Shown one piece after another: positions 14,701 through 27,999 of a stretch of DNA of 64,000 nucleotides. Within the stretch, counting starts at the first letter, position 1. Each line of letters starts with the position of its first letter. Made by a program: the position numbers and the translations under genes. Where the stretch lies: the NCBI GenBank assembly GCA_964016885.1, contig OZ024740.1, positions 210,490,001-210,554,000 on the forward strand, in the 5' to 3' direction. Origin of the DNA: Eledone cirrhosa (Eukaryota). Under the pieces are notes generated by a model. That model did no database searches. It was not told the origin of the DNA and saw only the letters and a program-made list of their open reading frames with translations.

Positions 14701-17700
14701 GTAGCAACCTTCTGAAGTACTTGTGCTCTGTGTATGGGATGTGTAGCAACCTTCTGAAGCACTTGTGCTCTGTGTATGGATGTGTAGCAACCTTCTGAAG
14801 CACTTGTGCTCTGTGTATGGGATGTGTAGCAACCTTCTGAAGCACTTGTGCTCTGTGTATGGATGTGTAGCAACCTTCTGAAGTACTTGTGCTCTGTGTA
14901 TGGATGTGTAGCAACCTTCTGAAGTACTTGTGCTCTGTGTATGGGATGTGTAGCAACCTTCTGAAGCATTTGAGCTCTGTGTATGGGATGTGTAGCAACC
15001 TTCTGAAGTACTTGTGCTCTGTGTATGGGATGTGTAGCAACCTTCTGAAGCACTTGTCCTCTGTGTATAGGATGTGTAGCAACCTTCTGAAGCACTTGTG
15101 CTCTGTGTATGGGATGTGTAGCAACCTTCTGAAGTACATGTGCTCTGTGTATGGGATGTGTAGCAACCTTCTGAAGCACTTGTGCTCTGTGTATGGGATG
15201 TGTAGCAACCTTCTGAAGCACTTGTGCTCTGTGTATGGGATGTGTAGCAACCTTCTGAAGCATTTGAGCTCTGTGTATAGGATGTGTAGCAACCTTCTGA
15301 AGTACTTGTGCTCTGTGTATGGGATGTGTAGCAACCTTCTGAAGCACTTGTGCTCTGTGTATGGGATGTGTAGCAACCTTCTGAAGCATTTGAGCTCTGT
15401 GTATAGGATGTGTAGCAACCTTCTGAAGTACTTGTGCTCTGTGTATGGGATGTGTAGCAACCTTCTGAAGCACTTGTGCTCTGTGTATGGGATGTGTAGC
15501 AACCTTCTGAAGCATTTGAGCTCTGTGTATAGGATGTGTAGCAACCTTCTGAAGTACTTGTGCTCTGTGTATGGGATGTGTAGCAACCTTCTGAAGCACT
15601 TGTGCTCTGTGTATGGGATGTGTAGCAACCTTCTGAAGCATTTGAGCTCTGTGTATAGGATGTGTAGCAACCTTCTGAAGTACTTGTGCTCTGTGTATGG
15701 GATGTGTAGCAACCTTCTGAAGCACTTGTGCTCTGTGTATGGATGTGTAGCAACCTTCTGAAGCACTTGTGCTCTGTGTATGGGATGTGTAGCAACCTTC
15801 TGAAGCACTTGTGCTCTGTGTATGGGATGTGTAGCAACCTTCTGAAGCACTTGTGCTCTGTGTATGGATGTGTAGCAACCTTCTGAAGTACTTGTGCTCT
15901 GTGTATGGATGTGTAGCAACCTTCTGAAGTACTTGTGCTCTGTGTATGGGATGTGTAGCAACCTTCTGAAGCACTTGTGCTCTGTGTATGGGATGTGTAG
16001 CAACCTTCTGAAGTACTTGTGCTCTGTGTATGGATGTGTAGCAACCTTCTGAAGCACTTGTGCTCTGTGTATGGATGTGTAGCAACCTTCTGAAGCACTT
16101 GTGCTCTGTGTATGGGATGTGTAGCAACCTTCTGAAGTACTTGTGCTCTGTGTATGGGATGTGTAGCAACCTTCTGAAGCATTTGAGCTCTGTGTATAGG
16201 ATGTGTAGCAACCTTCTGAAGCACTTGTGCTCTGTGTATGGATGTGTAGCAACCTTCTGAAGTACTTGTGCTCTGTGTATGGGATGTGTAGCAACCTTCT
16301 GAAGTACTTGTGCTCCGTGTATGGGATGTGTAGCAACCTTCTGAAGCATTTGAGCTCTGTGTATAGGATGTGTAGCAACCTTCTGAAGCACTTGTGCTCT
16401 GTGTATGGGATGTGTAGCAACCTTCTGAAGCACTTGTGCTCTGTGTATAGGATGTGTAGCAACCTTCTGAAGCACTTGTGCTCTGTGTATGGGATGTGTA
16501 GTAACCTTCTGAAGCATTTGAGCTCTGTGTATAGGATGTGTTGCAACCTTCTGAAGCACTTGTGCTCTGTGTATGGGAGGTGTAGCAACCTTCTGAAGCA
16601 CTTGTGCTCTGTGTATGGGATGTGTAGCAAACTTCTGAAGCACTTGTGCTCTGTGTATGGGATGTGTAGCAACCTTCTGAAGTACATGTGCTCTGTGTAT
16701 GGGATGTGTAGCAACCTTCTGAAGTACTTGTGCTCTGTGTATGGGATGTGTAGCAACCTTCTGAAGCATTTGAGCTCTGTGTATAGGATGTGTAGCAACC
16801 TTCTGAAGCACTTGTGCTCTGTGTATCGGATGTGTAGCAACCTTCTGAAGCACTTGTGCTCTGTGTATGGGATGTGTAGTAACCTTCTGAAGCATTTGAG
16901 CTCTGTGTATAGGATGTGTAGCAACCTTCTGAAGCACTTGTGCTCTGTGTATAGGATGTGTAGCAACCTTCTGAAGCACTTGTGCTCTGTGTATGGGATG
17001 TGTAGCAACCTTCTGAAGCACTTGTGCTCTGTGTATGGGATGTGTAGCAACCTTCTGAAGTACATGTGCTCTGTGTATGGGATGTGTAGCAACCTTCTGA
17101 AGTACTTGTGCTCTGTGTATGGGATGTGTAGCAACCTTCTGAAGCATTTGTGCTCTGTGTATGGGATGTGTAGCAACCTTCTGAAGCATTTGAGCTCTGT
17201 GTAGCAACCTTCTGAAGCACTTGTGCTCTGTGTATAGGATGTGTAGCAACCTTCTGAAGCACTTGTGCTCTGTGTATAGGATGTGTAGCAACCTTCTGAA
17301 GCACTTGTGCTCTGTGTATAGGATGTGTAGCAACCTTCTGAAGCACTTGTGCTCTGTGTATAGGATGTGTAGCAACCTTCTGAAGCACTTGTGCTCTGTG
17401 TATAGGATGTGTAGCAACCTTCTGAAGCATTTGAGCTCTGTGTATGGGATGTGTAGCAACCTTCTGAAGTACATGTGCTCTGTGTATGGGATGTGTAGCA
17501 ACCTTCTGAAGCACTTGTGCTCTGTGTATGGGATGTGTAGCAACCTTCTGAAGTACTTGTGCTCTGTGTATGGGATGTGTAGCAACCTTCTGAAGCATTT
17601 GAGCTCTGTGTATGGGATGTGTAGCAACCTTCTGAAGTACTTGTGCTCTGTGTATGGGATGTGTAGCAACCTTCTGAAGCATTTGTGCTCTGTGTATGGG

Positions 17701-18989
17701 ATGTGTAGCAACCTTCTGAAGTACATGTGCTCTGTGTATGGGATGTGTAGCAACCTTCTGAAGCATTTGAGCTCTGTGTATGGGATGTGTAGCAACCTTC
17801 TGAAGTACTTGTGCTCTGTGTATGGGATGTGTAGCAACCTTCTGAAGCACTTGTGCTCTGTGTATGGGATGTGTAGCAACCTTCTGAAGTACTTGTGCTC
17901 TGTGTATGGGATGTGTAGCAACCTTCTGAAGCACTTGTGCTCTGTGTATGGGATGTGTAGCAACCTTCTGAAGTACATGTGCTCTGTGTATGGGATGTGT
18001 AGCAACCTTCTGAAGCACTTGTGCTCTGTGTATGGGATGTGTAGCAACCTTCTGAAGTACTTGTGCTCTGTGTATGGGATGTGTAGCAACCTTCTGAAGT
18101 ACTTGTGCTCTGTGTATGGGATGTGTAGCAACCTTCTGAAGCACTTGTCCTCTGTGTATGGGATGTGTAGCAACCTTCTGAAGCACTTGTGCTCTGTGTA
18201 TGGGATGTGTAGCAACCTTCTGAAGCACTTGTGCTGTGTATGGGATGTGTAGCAACCTTCTGAAGCACTTGTGCTCCGTGTATGGGATGTGTAGCAACCT
18301 TCTGAAGCACTTGTGCTCTGTGTATGGGATGTGTAGCAACCTTCTGAAGCACTTGTGCTCTGTGTATGGGATGTGTAGCAACCTTCTGAAGCACTTGTGC
18401 TCTGTGTATGGGATGTGTAGCAACCTTCTGAAGCACTTGTGCTCTGTGTATGGGATGTGTAGCAACCTTCTGAAGCACTTGTGCTCTGTGTATGGGATGT
18501 GTAGCAACCTTCTGAAGTACTTGTGCTCTGTGTATGGGATGTGTAGCAACCTTCTGAAGTACTTGTGCTCTGTGTATGGGATGTGTAGCAACCTTCTGAA
18601 GCACTTGTGCTCTGTGTATGGGATGTGTAGCAACCTTCTGAAGCATTTAAGCTCTGTGTATGGGATGTGTAGCAACCTTCTGAAGCACTTGTCCTCTGTG
18701 TATGGGATGTGTAGCAACCTTCTGAAGCACTTGTGCTCTGTGTATGGGATGTGTAGCAACCTTCTGAAGCATTTAAGCTCTGTGTATGGGATGTGTAGCA
18801 ACCTTCTGAAGCACTTGTGCTCCGTGTATGGGATGTGTAGCAACTTTCTGAAGCACTTGTGCTCTGTGTATGGGATGTGTAGCAACCTTCTGAAGCACTT
18901 GTGCTCTGTGTATGGGATGTGTAGCAACCTTCTGAAGCACTTGTGCTCTGTGTATGGATGTGTAGCAACCTTCTGAAGCACTTGTGCTC
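11741..18989. repeat. 42-bp minisatellite (~170 copies) derived from RTE LINE coding sequence
   Basis: Unit tgtgctctgtgtatgggatgtgtagcaaccttctgaagcact reads EHKCFRRLLHIPYT on the minus strand, continuous with the RTE remnant at 18990-19135. Confidence 0.95.
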
Positions 18990-19135
18990 GAATGACAGGA
19001 TTCTTCATTCCATGTCACCTGTCAGAGTCCAACTCTCTCACCCATACAAAAATATCGAAGTCACCAAGGACCTGCATAGTTTGAGCTTCATTGGAAAACT
19101 GATGGAGTTGCTTTTCCATATGACATTCAGTTTTA
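18990..19135 (-). mobile_element. Degraded RTE/BovB-like LINE fragment (post-RT region)
   Basis: Minus-strand translation KLNVIWKSNSISFPMKLKLCRSLVTSIFLYG*ESWTLTGDME*RILSFEHKCFRRLLHI matches the RTE motif K(L/I)xLYxxLVxxIxLYGCExWTL...FExxCxRRxL. Confidence 0.8.
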
Positions 19136-19289
19136 TTGTGATTACTAATTACACCTTCCAAGGTTCAAACACTGCCTCAGGCAATCAAACCTAAAACCAG
19201 TCTCAACTACTTAGTAGCTGTAGTAGGAGTATGTCAGTCTCTATGGGATACAAAACTTTCTTTTTAGTGTCTAGGAAGTAAAGTTAACA

Positions 19290-20665
19290 TTAAAGAGACC
19301 ACCTACTAACAGGTGGTTATAGAGACCCCCTACTAACAGGTGGTTATAGAGACACCTACTAAGTGGTTATAGAAACCCCCTACTAACAGGTGGTTATAGA
19401 GACACCTACTAAGTGGTTATAGAAACCCCCTACTAACAGGTGGTTATAGAGACACCTATTAAGTGGTTATAGAGACCCTCCTACTAACAGGTGATTATAG
19501 AGACCTACTAACAGGTGGTTATAGAGACACCTACTAAGTAGTTTTAGAGACCCACCTACTAACAGGTGGTTATAGAGACACCTACTAAGAGGTTATAGAG
19601 ACCTCCTACTAACAGGTGGTTATAGAGACCCACCTACTAACTGGTAGTTATAGACCACTAACAGGTGATTATAGAGATCCCTCCTACTAACAGGTGGTAA
19701 TAGAGCCCCCCTACTAACAGGTGGTTATAGAGACCCACCTACTAACAGGTGGTTATAGAGACCCACCTACTAACAGGTGGTTATAGAGATCACCTACTAA
19801 CAGGTGGTTATAGAGATCACCTACTAACTGGTAGTTAGAGACCACTAACAGGTGATTATAGAGATCCCTCCTACTAACAGGTGGTTATAGAGACCCACCT
19901 ACTAACAGGTGGTTATAGAGATCACCTACTAACAGGTGGTTATAGAGATCACCTACTAACTGGTAGTTAGAGACCACTAACAGGTGATTATAGAGATCCC
20001 TCCTACTAACAGGTGGTTATAGAGACCCACCTACTAACAGGTGGTTATAGAGATCACCTACTAACAGGTGGTTATAGAGATCACCTACTAACTGGTAGTT
20101 AGAGACCACTAACAGGTGATTATAGAGATCCCTCCTACTAACAGGTGGTTATAGAGACCCACCTACTAACAGGTGGTTATAGAGATCACCTACTAACAGG
20201 TGGTTATAGAGATCACCTACTAACTGGTAGTTAGAGACCACTAACAGGTGATTATAGAGATCCCTCCTACTAACAGGTGGTTATAGAGACCCACCTACTA
20301 ACAGGTGGTTATAGAGATCACCTACTAACAGGTGGTTATAGAGATCACCTACTAACAGGTGGTTATAGAGATCACCTACTAACTGGTAGTTAGAGACCAC
20401 TAACAGGTGATTATAGAGATCCCTCCTACTAACAGGTGGTTATAGAGACATCTACTAACAGGTGGTAATAGAGACCCCCTACTAACAGGTGGTTATAGAG
20501 ACCCACCTACTAACGGGTGGTTATAGAGACCCACCTACTAACTGGTAGTTAGTGACCACTAAGAGGTGATTATAGAGATCCCTCCTACTAACAGGTGGTT
20601 ATAGAGACATCTACTAACAGCTGGTTATTGTTATAGAGACTCACTACTAACAGGTGGTTATAGTT
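19290..20665. repeat. ~27-bp minisatellite (cacctactaacaggtggttatagagac)n with ~130-bp higher-order unit
   Basis: Tandem copies; the variant actggtagttagagacc recurs about every 132 bp. Confidence 0.93.
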
Positions 20666-20831
20666 ATAATGATGACCTGCTAATAGAAAGGTCACTGGGT
20701 TAACATCTGATTAGTAGTGCTCTAATGCTTCTATTCTCTCTGTTGTTAGTCATGACAACCCTGGGAAAAAAGTAATTCCTATTTCATATTTGACCATCCT
20801 AGGCTAACTTAAAATGAGTGCTACAAATAAA

Positions 20832-21033
20832 TACGAGGGTCAGCAGAAAAGCTCATAGGCTCATTATGATGGAGTGATGCTAGAGTTGTGAAATCTTGCT
20901 TGCATTAATTTCAACTCTTCTTATTAATAACTGCATTGTTTCTTTCCAGGAACTATGTCGAAAAATAAACCACATTTGGTCATTCCATGAGAGTACCTTG
21001 GTCAGCCTATGAACTCTTCAGCTGACCCTAATA
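20832..21033. mobile_element. Mariner-type MITE (~200 bp)
   Basis: TIRs ta-cgagggtcagcagaaaagctcataggct ... agcctatgaactcttcagctgaccctaa-ta, with TA ends. Confidence 0.75.
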
Positions 21034-21647
21034 TATGTGAAGGTGCATGACCTAGAAGTTAGGGTATTGGGCTCATGGTCACAGATTGTTGGTTCAATTT
21101 ACTCGGTTGAAAATAAGTACCAGCAGCATCTAGGGTTTAGCCCTACAATAGCCATCCAGGGAGAAGATTTGTAATCTCAGTTGTTGGACCCTTTTAATTC
21201 TAAACCCCCTGAAACTGCCCTGATTTCATGATACAAACTGATAATTTACTAATGAAATACTTTGTTATTTTAATAAAAAAAACCATCGATAAGATTCCAG
21301 GGTGAAGCTTGTCAAATCAGACCAGAGAAACACTGTTTCCATTGCTGATACTATCTACTGTTCACAACTGCCAGTTATTTCAACTAAATTCCTCTAAATT
21401 TTTTTTATTATTTTCAAAATTGATCGAAACACATTGGTTGTGTATTTCATTAAAAATATGGTAATGAAAGGAGTTAATTCCTCTGTAACTAGGATAAGCC
21501 TCAGGTTTCACCTAAACTGTTGAAGCATGTAAAAATAGATGCAAAATGATAAGCTTAACTCTAATAAATATGCCCATCAATGATGGGCAAAGTGCTTTTC
21601 CCTGTGCTCTAAGGAGGGTAGGTAGGTAAAATGAATAAGGTACTTAC

Positions 21648-21720
21648 CCGAACAACATCTCTGTGGGTACTATCTGTCATCATTTTAGGTAGGGTGCCAG
21701 TTTTCGTTTGCTCTTTTTTA
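21648..21720 (-). CDS. Exon of single-pass membrane protein, juxtamembrane segment (S)KKEQTKTGTLPKMMTDSTHRDVVR
   Basis: Acceptor aatgtttcag, donor gtaagt; 73 bp, phase 2 to 0, in frame with both neighbouring exons. Confidence 0.75.
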
Positions 21721-21849
21721 CTGAAACATTAAGGAAAAAATTGGATGAATGAATAATAGAGAAGTATTAAAAATGTGTATATTTACATGCACATTGTTGC
21801 AGTCTTGGTTACCCACTGTATATGATGCTGATGATGATATGTATATGAT

Positions 21850-22036
21850 GGAATGAAGCCGCTGTAGAGGATGACCAAGAAACATCTGGGCAGAGGTGGT
21901 GAGAGCTGACCTCAAATAGCTAAGACTGGCAGAGGAGATGACGAAGGAACGTGAAAAGTGGAGAGATACCGTACTGAGAATGACCCATCCAACCTATGCA
22001 AGAATGGATAAACGAATGTAAAAATGATGATAATGA

Positions 22037-22037
<1 letters not shown>
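21850..22037 (+). mobile_element. Degraded RTE LINE 3' end with (GAT)n tail
   Basis: Degenerate RGRPRKxW...VV.ADL...W coding remnant, then ccaacctatgcaagaatgga and a gat-rich tail. Confidence 0.6.
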
Positions 22038-22067
<30 letters not shown>

Positions 22068-22231
22068 CTGTATGTATATATGTCCATTTCTATACTTACG
22101 TTTGTGTCTGTGTCTATGATGGAAAGAGAAATATTTAAAAATGTGTATATTAATATACATATTGTTGCAGTATTGGTTATATCTGTTTATATATGGATAT
22201 ATCTATATAGTGGTATGTCACATATCAAATC

Positions 22232-22300
22232 ATATATTTTGTCTGATGAAAACGTACTTAAACATCATTGTACCTTTGAAATATGTATAATAAAATATAT
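22232..22300 (+). ncRNA. Minimal type I hammerhead ribozyme motif
   Basis: Stem I atatattttgt/ataaaatatat; CTGATGA 22243-22249; stem II aaacgtac/gtaccttt (one mismatch); GAAA 22278-22281; short near-palindromic stem III tatgta; UA cleavage site. Confidence 0.6.
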
Positions 22301-23149
22301 ATTTTGATTATGAGAATATTTTTCATTTATTAACATTTTGAATAATATATATATACAGGGGCCGACCGTTGAGGAAATAACATCACACATCTGGCAGTGG
22401 CAGTCCCCTGTATCAACAAAAATAAACCTCTTCCAAATCTAAAGAGGTTTACCGTTTGAGATGCTCAGGCTGTCATAACTGATAGTCCTCAGAGAAATGT
22501 ACATTACGGATTTTAATAAACCAGAACCAAATGAATATGGTCTTCAATTTTTATTGACATATATATATATCATCACCGTTTAATATTCATGTTTCCATAT
22601 ATGATGCTGATGATGATACGTATGAGTGTGTTTATATGTATATGTATTCGTATCTACGGCTCCCCACTATATGTGTGTGTGTGTGTGTATATATCATCAT
22701 TTTTATGTTTGCTTTTCCATGCGGGCATAGGGGAACTGTGTAGGCATGTAATGATATACTTTTACTATATATAGATGTTTTAACAGATAGGTATAAAAGG
22801 AGAGAGAGAGAGAGAGAGAGAGCAGCAGCAGCAGCAGCACATTTGTGTAATAATTGGAGACTTTAAAGATAAAAAGATAGAGAGAAAGGAGGAGAGACAA
22901 CAACAGTGATTCATGTCTAATTACAGATAAAAACTGACCAAGAGGGACTTGGTCAAAAGTGTTTCAGTTGTGACTATCTCGTCATTCTTTTTAGACAAGG
23001 TATCTTGGACAACATTGGACATTAGAATGTGGTCCAAGCAGGTCAAGAGAGTGGCTACATAATCACACCCACAACAGATGTCACAAGAAGAAGTGCATAC
23101 ACAATAATAGAATGAGCAGAAGTGGGGTGAGAAAAGGAAATCAGTGACG

Positions 23150-23350
23150 TCTCAACGAGTACCTTCCACCTCTGGGTGCCGTCTGACAGGATAGAGAAAA
23201 TACATTGCCCTGGAGGACAGTGAGGGAGACACGCTGGAACAGCCACCCTACCTTTAGGGCTCACACCTGTTGGCAGCCAACTCTACTCTAATAGCAGTGG
23301 GTAGGGATGTGGTCTGGGGGACCAACAACACCGGACATCTCCACTGCTAT
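23150..23350 (+). mobile_element. Unclassified dispersed repeat (related copy at 48125-48276; seed of the 60-bp array)
   Basis: Motif gaaaatacattgccc...gtgagggagacacgctgga shared with 48125-48276 and 33260-33345. Confidence 0.6.
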
Positions 23351-23656
23351 AGGCTCTACCACAAACCTATCAGAGAGTGACCAATACTTGGGCAGTTTGC
23401 CCTCTTCCGACCCAGTGGGTAGCAGAGCCTATGCAGGGAGAACAGGATAATTGATTTTATGGAGAAAGATTTGGCTATTATTTCTAGCAAGTCAAGAGAG
23501 TAACCACATAAATACTTCTTTGAAATTGCATTGATGTATGAGGGGTGGGAGCAGTGGAGGAGAATATGAAGAAGAAGGACATCAATTTTCTGATGAATCA
23601 CAGAAAAAGAAAATCAATTTGTCTCTCCAGCAGACATTAATAGTAATGAAATACAC

Positions 23657-24627
23657 GAGAGCTGTTATTTAGCCCTGGGTCAGCTGTGAGAGCTGTTATT
23701 TAGCCCTGGGTCAGCTCTGAACATGAGAGCTGTTATTTAGCCTTGGGTCAGCTGTGAGAGCTGTTATTTAGCCCTGGGTCAGCTGTGAGAGCTGTTATTT
23801 AGACCTGGGTCAGTTCTGAACACGAGAGCTGTTATTTAGCCTTGGGTCAGCTGTGAGAGCTGCTATTTAGCCTTGGGTCAGCTGTGAGAGCTGTTATTTA
23901 GACCTGGGTCAGCTCTGAGAGCTGTTATTTAGACCTGGGTCAGCTCTGAGAGCTGTTATTTAGCCTTGGGTCAGCTGTGAGAGCTGCTATTTAGCCTTGG
24001 GTCAGCTGTGAGAGCTGTTATTTAGACCTGGGTCAGCTCTGAGAGCTGTTATTTAGCTCTGGGTCAGCTCTGAGAGCTGTTATTTAGCCCTGGGTCAGCT
24101 CTGAGAGCTGTTATTTAAACCTGGGTCAGTTCTGAACACGAGAGCTGTTATTTAGCCTTGGGTCAGCTGTGAGAGCTGCTATTTAGCCTTGGGTCAGCTG
24201 TGAGAGCTGTTATTTAGACCTGGGTCAGCTCTGAGAGCTGTTATTTAGACCTGGGTCAGTTCTGAACACGAGAGCTGTTATTTAGCCCTGGATCAGCTGT
24301 GAGAGCTGTTATTTAGACCTGGGTCAGTTCTGAACACGAGAGCTGTTATTTAGCCTTGGGTCAGCTGTGAGAGCTGCTATTTAGCCTTGGGTCAGCTGTG
24401 AGAGCTGCTATTTAGCCTTGGGTCAGCTGTGAGAGCTGCTATTTAGCCTTGGGTCAGCTGTGAGAGCTGTTATTTAGACCTGGGTCAGCTGTGAGAGCTG
24501 TTATTTAGACCTGGGTCAGCTCTGAACATGAGAGCTGTTATTTAGCCCTGGGTCAGCTGTGAGAGCTGTTATTTAGACCTGGGTCAGCTGTGAGAGCTGT
24601 TATTTAGACCTGGGTCAGCTCTGAACA
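23657..24627. repeat. 31-bp minisatellite (gagagctgttatttagccctgggtcagctgt)n
   Basis: About 30 tandem copies with 37-bp variants; runs into a dispersed-repeat body (gtgttccagatatgacc). Confidence 0.93.
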
Positions 24628-25939
24628 ATTGTGTTCCAGATATGACCATTCCATATTTTATTCAGATAGAGCAGACTTACGATCACTATTGTTACAACTA
24701 TGACTATTCCATGTTATTTACATCTAGATATAGTTTATCTACAATATATTGTCTAATGTGTCCTCTTATTTTAAGATAGTAGGGTCTAATTTGAGGGAGA
24801 TTTGGTTGCTATTTCTAACAGAGCCGAACTATGAGATGATAATCACAGTTGCAGAGATTGCTACAAAATCAATCAACTATAATAATATATACACACATAC
24901 ATCATCATCATTGTTTAACATCCACTTTCCACACTAGCATGGGTCAAACAGGTTGTCCCATAAGAGGCAAGTCGGGTGAAGTGACTGTGTTTTCAATATA
25001 TTTCCTATCAGTCATGTTGCCACAATAAGTCTACTTTTCAACCACAAAGCCTTTTGTTCTAGCCCAACATTTGTCCCTGTAAATAGTTATTTCTCCAAAG
25101 TTACCCATATATTTAATCTTGTTTGTCATTTGTACATATATAACTGAACAATTATGTAATTATATTCTAGAAATAAACTATTAAAAGATTGTTCTTATTT
25201 TTAATCACTTCCACATGTTAGTAGTAAGCCTAAACTTATGTAAATCATTAATTTATTAAAATATAAATATTCTAGTTTGTATGATTGTTCATCTGGTAAT
25301 CGCATTGATGTTTACCGAGCAACAAAAGGGGCACACATCGAGTGTCTGTAATATCAACCAATACCACATAAAATTTTGTTAGTTTATGCAACTGTAGCCA
25401 CCAATATTGTAAGAATATTCATCTAAGTTTTCATATTATAAGTATTTGAAATTCAGGAGCGTTTTGGGGGTCACCCTGTATATGGCATACCAATTCTGGA
25501 CTCCAAAAATTAAATACGTTCACCATTATTGTGGGCATGAGTCCACTAATAATAGTTCTTGCTAACAATGGCACAAGGCCGACAATTTGGGAGAAGGGGA
25601 AAAGAAATCGATTATATTGACCTCAGTATTTAACTGGTACTTGATTTTATTCAACCCCGGAAGGATGAAAGGCAAAGCTATGAGAGTGGAATTTAAACTC
25701 AAAAAGTAAAGGGCCATAACTGCATGCCACAAAGCATGTTGTCTGACGAGCTATTGATACTGCAAATCCACCATAATAACATTCAATGATGGTAATAACA
25801 CAGTCTACTGTTGATATCAATAACATTGGGAGAGGGGAAGGGGGACATCTCAGTTTTATAAAACATGTTGCGTCCTTCATGATATTAACAATCATGTAGG
25901 ATACTGACATGTGGTGGTGGTGACAATGACACATGATAA

Positions 25940-27138
25940 GAGGTGAGAAGTGATGGTGGTGGTGATGAGAGGTGGTGAGAGGTGATGGTGGTGAGAGGTG
26001 ATGGTGGTGAGAGGTGATGGTGGTGAGAGGTGGTGGTGATGAGAGGTAGTGAGAGGTGGTGAGAGGTGGTGGTGGTGAGAGGTGATGGTGATGAGAGGTG
26101 ATGAGAGGTGGTGAGAGGTGATGAGAGGTGATGGTGGTGAGAGGTGGTGGTGGTGAGAGGTGATGGTGGTGAGAGGTGATGAGAGGTGGTGAGAGGTGAT
26201 GAGAGGTGATGGTGGTGAGAGGTGATGGTGGTGAGAGGTGATGAGAGGTGATGGTGGTGAGAGGTGAGAGGTGGTGGTGGTGAGAGGTGATGGTGGTGAG
26301 AGGTGATGAGAGGTGATGAGAGGTGGTGGTGGTGAGAGGTGGTGAGAGGTGATGAGAGGTGGTGGTGGTGAGAGGTGGTGAGAGGTGGTGGTGGTGAGAG
26401 GTGGTGGTGGTGAGAGGTGGTGGTGGTGAGAGGTGATGGTGGTGAGAGGTGATGGTGGTGAGAGGTGATGAGGTGATGGTGGTGAGAGGTGATGGTGGTG
26501 AGAGGTGATGGTGATGAGAGGTGGTGAGAGGTGATGGTGGTGAGAGGTGATGAGAGGTGATGGTGGTGAGAGGTGATGGTGATGAGAGGTGGTGAGAGGT
26601 GGTGGTGGTGAGAGGTGATGGTGGTGAGAGGTGATGGTGGTGAGAGGTGAGAGGTGATGGTGGTGAGAGGTGATGAGAGGTGGTGGTGGTGAGAGGTGAG
26701 AGGTGATGGTGGTGAGAGGTGATGAGAGGTGGTGGTGGTGAGAGGTGAGAGGTGATGGTGGTGAGAGGTGATGAGAGGTGATGGTGGTGAGAGGTGATGA
26801 GAGGTGATGGTGGTGAGAGGTGATGAGAGGTGGTGAGAGGTGAGAGGTGATGAGAGGTGGTGAGAGGTGATAGTGGTGAGAGGTGATGGTGGTGAGAGGT
26901 GATAGTGGTGAGAGGTGATGGTGGTGAGAGGTGGTGGTGGTGAGAGGTGTTGAGAGGTGGTGGTGGTGGTGAGGTGATGAGAGGTGGTGAGAGAGGTGGT
27001 GAGAGAGGTGGTGAGAGAGGTGAGAGGTGGTGGTAATAGGTGGTGGTGAGAGGTGATAGTGATGAGAGGTGGTGAGAGAGGTGAGAGGTGATGGTAGGTG
27101 GTGAGGTGATGAGAGGTGGTGAGAGGTGGTGAGGTGAT
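25940..27138. repeat. Compound (GGT/GAT/GAGA) microsatellite
   Basis: Variants of gagaggtggtgatggt; source of the His/Pro/Thr-rich 433-aa ORF. Confidence 0.93.
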
Positions 27139-27201
27139 GTGCCACCAATAGATAATTGTATAATTTTAAGAAATTGAGGAGTATTTCTGACACAAGGTGT
27201 C

Positions 27202-27243
<42 letters not shown>

Positions 27244-27486
27244 ACTTATATCATACATATATACATGTGTGTGTCACACAAGATCTTCCTAAGAATTGTG
27301 TTAATAGTAAACCTGTTTGTGGATTACTCAGCCATGTGTATGTTAATTTAATGAGGAGGCTGTTGTGTGCATGTGTGTGTGTATCTGTATGTACATCTGT
27401 GTGTGCATGTGTGTGTATCTGTATGTACATCTGTGTGTGTATCCGTATTGGAAATGCAATAACAATAAAGTAGATGTGAGACTCAC

Positions 27487-27646
27487 CTCTCCTTGCAAGC
27501 ATTACAGAGAGCAAAGAGGAAGACCAAGATCAACATGGCTGCTAACCCTCCTACTAAGCCACCAGATATCATCCCTATAGTGTCTTCTTTTGGTAAAGAG
27601 GCTTCCAATAGTTTACGACCAGCTACAATACCATCCATTTTACAAG
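27487..27646 (-). CDS. Transmembrane exon: (x)CKMDGIVAGRKLLEASLPKEDTIGMISGGLVGGLAAMLILVFLFALCNACKE
   Basis: Acceptor tttttttttgtag, donor gtgagt; ~24-residue hydrophobic helix followed by CxxC and basic residues; ATG at 27638 in aaaATGG context. Confidence 0.82.
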
Positions 27647-27999
27647 CTACAAAAAAAACAAAAACAAAAATGAATATACTATATATACATAAAAATTATC
27701 GTAGGAGAATACATAAACAAATTCTTGAAAAAATATCTATTGGTTTACAATTGTTTCAAAGGTCAGACGATAATTCAATATATATATATATATATATTCA
27801 TTAAAATATATTGCCAAATACAAGTTCACATATTTGGCAATATATTTTAATGAATAATTTGCTCCATGTGTAATTATTTTAACACAATAGGAATTCGTAT
27901 ACAAGCTTAAAGAGATATGATACATCGCCATTTGTACTGTTTATTCCAATAAATTACACTATCTTGAGGAGCTGATATAACTTCTTCACCTACTTCTTT

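Noticed and set aside
11631-19008. 2445-, 1752- and 1477-aa ORFs
   Set aside because: Translations of a stop-free 42-bp satellite that switch frame at indels; open in several frames, so not genes.
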